The notes under the pieces were generated by a model, which saw only the letters and a list, made by a program, of their open reading frames with translations, had not been told where the DNA came from and searched no databases. DNA of 42,407 nucleotides from a virus (lineage: Duplodnaviria > Caudoviricetes): positions 1-42,407 of the IMG/VR virus record IMGVR_UViG_3300021376_000125; one strand, given 5' to 3'. Numbering within the stretch: the first letter of the stretch is position 1; the number at the start of each line of letters is the position of its first letter. This document shows positions 36,784 through 42,407 of the stretch, piece by piece. The translations under genes and the position numbers were made by a program.

Positions 36784-37437
36784 ATGTCTAAGAAGAAATT
36801 ACCTTTTGCAAACCATAATCACCCACATACTTCAGAGGAAAGAAAGCAAATCATAGAAAAAGCATCCAAAGCATACGAAGTTTATATGGATGCACTAGGG
36901 TATGATTGGAGAAATGACCCTAATAGTTCCAATACCCCTTATCGGGTGGCTAAAGCATTTGTTGAGGATTTTGCATGGGGATGCTATAGCGAGCCACCTA
37001 AAGTAACAGCATTTGATAATATAGATAAATATGATGGTATTGTAGCACAAACAAATATCAAGGTAACATCATTGTGCTCACATCATCATGCTCCCTTCAT
37101 GGGGTTTGCACATGTTGCATATATACCTGCTAAGGACGGTAAAGTTATTGGACTAAGTAAACTTAACCGTATTGTTGATTGGTTTTCACGTAGACCACAA
37201 GTCCAGGAAAACCTTACAATGCAAATTCACAAATATATTGATGAGGTGTGTGAAAAAAATAAGGGAGTAGCGGTAATGATTGAAGCAAATCATACGTGCT
37301 GTTCTAATAGAGGTATTCGACATGATTCAACTATGCGTACTGCCAGAATGTCAGGCGCCTTTTTAGATGACAAAGATAACTCTAGAAATGAATTCTATAA
37401 ATTTATTGAGTTTGCACAAAACCGTAATTTAATCTGA
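36784..37437 (+). CDS. folE: GTP cyclohydrolase I
   Basis: TPYRVAK, SLCSHH, GLSKLNRIV, RRPQVQENLT, HTCCSNRG. Confidence 0.95.
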   Translation: MSKKKLPFANHNHPHTSEERKQIIEKASKAYEVYMDALGYDWRNDPNSSNTPYRVAKAFVEDFAWGCYSEPPKVTAFDNIDKYDGIVAQTNIKVTSLCSHHHAPFMGFAHVAYIPAKDGKVIGLSKLNRIVDWFSRRPQVQENLTMQIHKYIDEVCEKNKGVAVMIEANHTCCSNRGIRHDSTMRTARMSGAFLDDKDNSRNEFYKFIEFAQNRNLI

Positions 37438-37449
37438 CTAAATAATTAG

Positions 37450-37773
37450 TGTAACCTCATCATCCGTGGTGAGCTCATAAATCCACCGTCGAGTATTTCT
37501 TGCGTAAGAGATTTAACCCTTTTTGCTCATCTTACGTGTAAGTATAGTGTAATAGTTGAATGTGAGCCAAAAGACCCTTATTATATTTTTTTAAAGCGAA
37601 AAGGGGCAATGGATTTTGTTGATGATATACTTTTACCCGGAGAAGAAAAAGGAATTAGAGTTGATACCAATTATATTTACGCTCCTACCGCTTGCGTTGT
37701 TAATAGTATTACAGTGGACAATTTAAATTATATCTTAACAGCTATTAGAACCTGTCAAGATTTTATGTCTTGA
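37450..37773 (+). CDS. 107-codon open frame lacking a canonical in-frame start at its 5' end
   Basis: Not in the ORF track; fills the folE-to-37755 gap; ACTAAATA box then a GTG 1 nt out of frame. Confidence 0.55.
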   Translation, partial: CNLIIRGELINPPSSISCVRDLTLFAHLTCKYSVIVECEPKDPYYIFLKRKGAMDFVDDILLPGEEKGIRVDTNYIYAPTACVVNSITVDNLNYILTAIRTCQDFMS

Positions 37774-38168
37774 TTAATTTTTACGTTTACAACACCGCCA
37801 TTCTTTTTTATAAAATCCTGACTCAGTAGAACAGGGTTATCTTGTCCACTTCTATCTGCTAAGCTAAACGGTTCTTGATTAAATTGCATATTACCTACAC
37901 TGCAATCCAATGAAACTACCGGTCTAGTATTGGTATTATTATTACCAGTAACGGTAATATGATCTTTTACCGGTAGGGTTATCTTCTTTTTATTAACAGT
38001 GGTAAATGTTACTTTTCCATCATGTTCCTTTACATCAGTAGCATGCAGTACATTATGACCGCTATTCCCAGTATCTACAGTGGCTCTTACTGTTCCAACA
38101 TGTTGTATTGTAATGCCTTCTGTATTTCCAAGTATTTGCTCATAAAAATATTGTTTAAAACTGACCAT
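37755..38168 (-). CDS. retropepsin-like protease (RimK-associated 'ATP-dependent zinc protease' family)
   Basis: ATVDTG, LHA, RPVV, FSLADRS, PVLL. Confidence 0.75.
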   Translation of the reverse strand: MVSFKQYFYEQILGNTEGITIQHVGTVRATVDTGNSGHNVLHATDVKEHDGKVTFTTVNKKKITLPVKDHITVTGNNNTNTRPVVSLDCSVGNMQFNQEPFSLADRSGQDNPVLLSQDFIKKNGGVVNVKINQDIKS

Positions 38169-38176
38169 ATATTAAG

Positions 38177-38193
38177 TATTTATTAAATAAATA
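38177..38193. promoter_or_regulatory. back-to-back divergent late promoters
   Basis: AATAAATA on - (38177-38184) and on + (38186-38193), 8 and 6 nt from the respective ATGs. Confidence 0.55.
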
Positions 38194-38199
38194 TATAAA

Positions 38200-38751
38200 A
38201 TGAGCAGAGCTGCAGAATTAACCAAACTTTTAGAAGCATATGAAAAAACTATGGTAAATGAGCTTAATCTAGGACCTGCTGCACAAACTCAAAACATGGT
38301 TCCTTCAACTAATACTGCTACTGTAGTCAAATTAACAGACGACAAAAAACCAGAAGGTAATGAAGATTGTGAGAATTGTGAGGATATCAACCATAAAGAA
38401 ACAAATGGAGAGTCAGAGTCTGATATGGCAAAAAACGAGCTTTACAAACTAAACAAAGCATCCAAAGAGTTATATAATTTAATTAGTGATGGGGAAAATC
38501 TAGAACCCTGGGTTTTTAGTAAAATTACTGTTGCAGCTAGCTATATAGAGGGAGTCAAAAATTATTTAGAATATAACAAATTTAAAAAGGGCGGTGAATT
38601 TAATGGGGAAAAAGATAATCACGAGTTCGCGGTTGTATCAAGAATCAGAGATATGCTTCATGGAGAGGGGAAGGAAGTACTAGAGGGGGTTATACGTCAA
38701 GCTATTTTTAATTTAGAGGCTCTCACCACAATTCAAGAAACTAAGAAATAA
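38200..38751 (+). CDS. hypothetical late protein
   Basis: MAKNEL...LEPWVFSKIT.A..Y...V..YL motif seen in T4-like phage hypotheticals. Confidence 0.75.
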   Translation: MSRAAELTKLLEAYEKTMVNELNLGPAAQTQNMVPSTNTATVVKLTDDKKPEGNEDCENCEDINHKETNGESESDMAKNELYKLNKASKELYNLISDGENLEPWVFSKITVAASYIEGVKNYLEYNKFKKGGEFNGEKDNHEFAVVSRIRDMLHGEGKEVLEGVIRQAIFNLEALTTIQETKK

Positions 38752-40086
38752 TTATCTATTATATTTTCCACCACGCGCCCTATTCATTTTAGTAAAGTCC
38801 ACTCTGTCTACTATTTTTACCTGGTTATTACCCATGAATAAAACAAACCCCTCATCTTTTGTTTTTACATATGAACCATCAGGTAACTTATAAAAAGTAT
38901 GCTTAGTAAGCTTTGTATCTAGGTTGGAAAGTAAGCCGTAAATTATATTTTTTACCTTCAACATATTATATGTTGCGGCTAATAAGTGATTAAAATTAAC
39001 CATATTTTTTTCTATGTAAGTATTAGTAGCAGCTATTTTTTGTTGTCTAGCCGCTTGACCTTTGGGTGCTAATGACTCTAACCCTTTACCTAGCTTATCT
39101 GTTACAAACTTTTTGTACCCATCGAATAACAATTTAAAATTATACTGTTTTTTAGTATTAAAGAAGCCACTATCGTCTAAATCTAATTGCTTGTTAAGAT
39201 ATTGCTGTAATAACGCTAAGAGTTGACCTGAAGGTGAGCCTTTAGCAGGAGATATATATTCAGCATTAAATTCATCTGAAATCTTATTAATATTATCAGT
39301 AATAGTTACTATAGCGCTGTTTATATCATCAAAAATCTTATTATCAACATCAAATGATTCTACACCATAGTTACTACCTTTTATAAATGCTTTAGAATTA
39401 TTGCTACTTGCGATTAATGTGTCAATTTTTTTACCCGCAGGTATTAACTTAATGGTATCCTTAATTAACTTTGGCTTAAAGCTATCATGTACTATTACAC
39501 CTACATTTGATGTTAATACTTTATTAAAGATTTCTGATTTTTCATCCATTGGTACAGCGTACATTATTACATTAGGTTCAAAAGCAATAAATTCTTCATT
39601 GCCTATTCTAATTCTTTTTTTATCACTTGGTTCAGCGTATAGAACATCACCTTGATATATTTTACCAGAATTATCATATGCAGCTTTTAAATTATCTAAT
39701 AAACTAATCATTTTTGATGCAAACTCAGGACGATCTCCTAAAAAAGTGTTTATTTCATCAGCTGTATGTAGTAATTTAGCATTAGGTTTTATCGTATCAG
39801 TTGCAACGTCTATAATATATTTTAACGCTATAAAAAATGACGATGTTTTAGGGTCTAAGCCAAATAAAATTGCTGGCGAGCCATCAATTTTGGCATTTAC
39901 TTCATGTTCTGATTCATAGCCTCTAATTTTATTTGTTATACCGTTTACATGAGCTAAAAAGTCTTGAAAACCTGTCTTACCCTTTTCTATAGCCAGATCT
40001 TCTAAGTGAGATAAATGTTGTGAAAAATAACCACTCTTCTCTAGTATTACTGACCCGGAGTCTATATATTGTTTAAAAGTTATCAT
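38752..40086 (-). CDS. DUF6267-like protein with ATP-dependent ligase-type motifs
   Basis: HLSHLED, KIDGSPA, QGDV, PNVIMY, EGFV, VKIVDR. Confidence 0.75.
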   Translation of the reverse strand: MITFKQYIDSGSVILEKSGYFSQHLSHLEDLAIEKGKTGFQDFLAHVNGITNKIRGYESEHEVNAKIDGSPAILFGLDPKTSSFFIALKYIIDVATDTIKPNAKLLHTADEINTFLGDRPEFASKMISLLDNLKAAYDNSGKIYQGDVLYAEPSDKKRIRIGNEEFIAFEPNVIMYAVPMDEKSEIFNKVLTSNVGVIVHDSFKPKLIKDTIKLIPAGKKIDTLIASSNNSKAFIKGSNYGVESFDVDNKIFDDINSAIVTITDNINKISDEFNAEYISPAKGSPSGQLLALLQQYLNKQLDLDDSGFFNTKKQYNFKLLFDGYKKFVTDKLGKGLESLAPKGQAARQQKIAATNTYIEKNMVNFNHLLAATYNMLKVKNIIYGLLSNLDTKLTKHTFYKLPDGSYVKTKDEGFVLFMGNNQVKIVDRVDFTKMNRARGGKYNR

Positions 40087-40712
40087 GATGCTAGAATTTC
40101 ATACACACGTTTTTTATCCTGGCTAGATATATTAGGCAATAGGCTAGATATCTTATTATAATCTTTTGCTGCTAACAAAGACCTAACATTTGTGGCGGAT
40201 GCTAAACGCTGAACATCTCTAGCATTAATTACTTTTACATTTTTACCTTTATAGATAATATTTTTGTCTGAATCAAAGAAATATTTGAATCTATCTATGT
40301 CTTCTTGACTAGCATATAAGTTAATTTCATACGGGGCGGCTGCAGTCTGTATTTCGTTTGAGAGCTTTAACGCATCGGGGGTTGGAGTGGGCGATTTTTC
40401 TGTAGCAGAAAATTGACCGTTATTAATAATATCAACTGTTTGATATATAGTCAAAACAGGAGATCTTACAATAGTTGCTATACTCAAGTTAGAAGGAAGA
40501 TATTTTTTATAGATTTGCCATATCTTTATTGATTTGTCTGTAGTTATACCATCTCTTTCTTTTCCTGATATAAGAACATAAGCAATTTTATTTTGCTCTG
40601 CTAATTGTCTTGCGGTTTCAAAATGACCCATGTGGGGAGGTTTAAATGCGCCTGGAAAAAATCCAACAGTAGTTAAATTTTGTTCATAATAAAAAGCTTT
40701 AAACGGTTGCAT
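40083..40712 (-). CDS. HxGH cytidylyltransferase-like nucleotidyltransferase
   Basis: FPGAFKPPHMGH and SATNVR motifs. Confidence 0.8.
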   Translation of the reverse strand: MQPFKAFYYEQNLTTVGFFPGAFKPPHMGHFETARQLAEQNKIAYVLISGKERDGITTDKSIKIWQIYKKYLPSNLSIATIVRSPVLTIYQTVDIINNGQFSATEKSPTPTPDALKLSNEIQTAAAPYEINLYASQEDIDRFKYFFDSDKNIIYKGKNVKVINARDVQRLASATNVRSLLAAKDYNKISSLLPNISSQDKKRVYEILAS

Positions 40713-41925
40713 TAGGTTTTCTCTTTATTTTAACCTCGCCACCAGAAACAGATTCTATTTCTAAATACTTATCTAATTCTGATTTAGGTATATATTGATA
40801 GTCTTGAGGTGAAACAACAAAAATGCCTGTGTGTGGAAAAATCTTCTGCAAACCAGTTGCACCAAACGCTTCTCTAACTAATGCAACTCTTCTAGGTAGA
40901 TTAATATGGGATACTGCTCTTCTAAAAAAATCTAACCCTGATTTTTTGCCAAACTCTTTCGCTCTTTCCTGCCCCAGCTGTATGTCTAGTTGTTGTGCCT
41001 GGCGCTTTAAAAATTCTCTATCCGCTTCTGTTTCTCCATAGTATTTGTAAAGAATGTCGGTTAAATCATTCACCGCGGGCGGATGTGCAGCCGGGGTCAC
41101 GCCATACTGTTGAAACAAAAAACGCTCCAGTTGAGGAATAGAAAAAATTATTACTGGTTCACCTTCATCAGCTGTACGTTTACCGTATCTACCTAAGCTT
41201 ATTTCGTCGCCGAGTAATAAGCCTTTGGGCAGCTCTCTAAGATGTTCTAAAATATTCCTAATATATTTTTTTAAAGTCCAATTCTTATACGTTTGATTGA
41301 ATTCCTCTAACTGCTCTTTCCATTTTGTAAGTGTTTGTGGTAGAGGTCGCTTAGCCTTAGGTTGAAAGTTTTTTGTATACCATCCTGTAAACACATTTAT
41401 TAAATGTTGATTAACCTGTTGCTGACCATCTTGATCGAGAGCGTCATATGCTGATTCTAGAGGCTCCAAAACATTTTCTACAGCCTTTCTAATACCTGTC
41501 AGTACCGGATCATTTAATGCACCTGTCTTTACAGATTCACCAAATGGTATTTCTTTTACCTCGTATTGACCAACCGGTACTGTAACATCAATCGATTTAC
41601 TAGTGGTGCCAATAATATGTTTACCATTACTATTTTTAAAAGCGTTTATTTCTTCTATTGTTTTTAACCCCGTTAAAAGATAAGCTACACTGTATTCACC
41701 TCTACCTACAGTTGGTTTACCGCTACCGTCTAATCTTACATAGTTAAACAATTCACCACTTATTTGATCCCAACGCGTTACAGGTGTAGTGGCGTTAGGG
41801 TTAAAACCAGGTATAACAGGTGCAACGTGAGTACTAGCAACCTGTCTACGCGGTTCTAGCGGTGCTGCAACCGGGGACGGCATAACAGCAGATTCATATA
41901 GATCTTTTAGACTTATATAAGACAC
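40699..41925 (-). CDS. hypothetical late protein, possible PD-(D/E)XK fold
   Basis: GRGE...IDV...YEVK arrangement; AATAAATA 4 nt before GTG. Confidence 0.6.
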   Translation of the reverse strand: MSYISLKDLYESAVMPSPVAAPLEPRRQVASTHVAPVIPGFNPNATTPVTRWDQISGELFNYVRLDGSGKPTVGRGEYSVAYLLTGLKTIEEINAFKNSNGKHIIGTTSKSIDVTVPVGQYEVKEIPFGESVKTGALNDPVLTGIRKAVENVLEPLESAYDALDQDGQQQVNQHLINVFTGWYTKNFQPKAKRPLPQTLTKWKEQLEEFNQTYKNWTLKKYIRNILEHLRELPKGLLLGDEISLGRYGKRTADEGEPVIIFSIPQLERFLFQQYGVTPAAHPPAVNDLTDILYKYYGETEADREFLKRQAQQLDIQLGQERAKEFGKKSGLDFFRRAVSHINLPRRVALVREAFGATGLQKIFPHTGIFVVSPQDYQYIPKSELDKYLEIESVSGGEVKIKRKPNATV

Positions 41926-41935
41926 AATATATTTA

Positions 41936-42292
41936 TTATTTCGAAGTATTTACGTCTAAATTGATTGAGTCAACTTGCATTATTCTAACTATTCTGTTTA
42001 GAACGTCTGATGCATTTTTTTCGTTAGTATCTGGTAAATCTTTAAGAGATTTAAGCTCTAAATCATCAGGATTCATAAAAAGCGCTTTTCTCAATAAATT
42101 AATTAGAAATACTTCACCCTCAGGTGTTAAAGGCTTTGTTGCAGGTTGTTCTTCAGGAGCAGGAGCTGGCTGCGCTTGCGGTTGCTGTGCTGCAACTGGG
42201 TCTTGAGCTGGCATTACAACCTCTGGCACAGCACCTGGTGTCTGCTCTAGTAAAGATTCAAATTTCTTCTTTACTAAATCTTCAAACTTCAT
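41936..42292 (-). CDS. hypothetical protein with Pro/Ala/Gln linker
   Basis: 118 aa ORF, ATGA-coupled to the upstream gene. Confidence 0.7.
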   Translation of the reverse strand: MKFEDLVKKKFESLLEQTPGAVPEVVMPAQDPVAAQQPQAQPAPAPEEQPATKPLTPEGEVFLINLLRKALFMNPDDLELKSLKDLPDTNEKNASDVLNRIVRIMQVDSINLDVNTSK

Positions 42293-42407
42293 ACTGTGGG
42301 CACTGAAGGGGTTGTTGGCGTACTCGTAGCTGGTGTACTGGGCTTGCCTACATTTGCGGCAGTCTGCTTTAATACATTAGCAGTTTCTTGAGCCTTTTTC
42401 TTTAAAG
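42289..42407 (-). CDS. 3' end of a gene running off the window
   Basis: Open frame ...LKKKAQETANVLKQTAANVGKPSTPATSTPTTPSVPTV*, stop overlapping the next ATG. Confidence 0.6.
   Translation of the reverse strand, partial: LKKKAQETANVLKQTAANVGKPSTPATSTPTTPSVPTV

Noticed and set aside
3582-42306. Remaining short ORF-track entries nested in or antisense to larger genes (e.g. 3582, 4453, 8951, 12290, 14466, 18784, 33159, 35704, 39401, 41961)
   Set aside because: Fully overlap better-supported genes, with no motifs or expression signals
1-42407. Alternative genetic code (TAG/TGA reassignment)
   Set aside because: Conserved genes are full length in code 11 and all three stops terminate genes; the few interruptions are frame or start anomalies or a TAA
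1-42407. CRISPR array, integrase, transposase, intron/intein
   Set aside because: No regularly spaced direct repeats or recognisable motifs seen by eye; conserved genes appear uninterrupted

Overview
This is an AT-rich, gene-dense segment of a large T4-like (myovirus-type) phage genome using the standard genetic code. The phage call rests on TATAAATA-type late promoters, an RNase H-like exonuclease, PhoH, a lysis cassette and tail-fibre-like genes. In order, the window holds: uvsE and a 5'-3' exonuclease; small hypothetical genes; a promoter-driven, unannotated pseudoknotted ncRNA candidate (~5873-5975); a lysis cassette (M15 endolysin, holin-like protein, three lipoproteins); an initiator-like tRNA-Met and a tmRNA with an unusual 33-residue tag; a ~14 kb glycosylation island (GDP-mannose 3,5-epimerase plus about 15 glycosyltransferase-like genes); a module of three Cys/Gly-rich paralogues with a fibre-assembly chaperone, a GT-like protein and a carbamoyltransferase; 7-deazaguanine precursor genes (queE, queD, folE) with phoH; and a block of probable late/virion proteins including a ligase-motif protein next to an HxGH nucleotidyltransferase. 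Many genes have a promoter only 4-8 nt upstream of the start codon and no Shine-Dalgarno site, suggesting largely leaderless expression. All family assignments come from motif recognition by eye, not from database searches.
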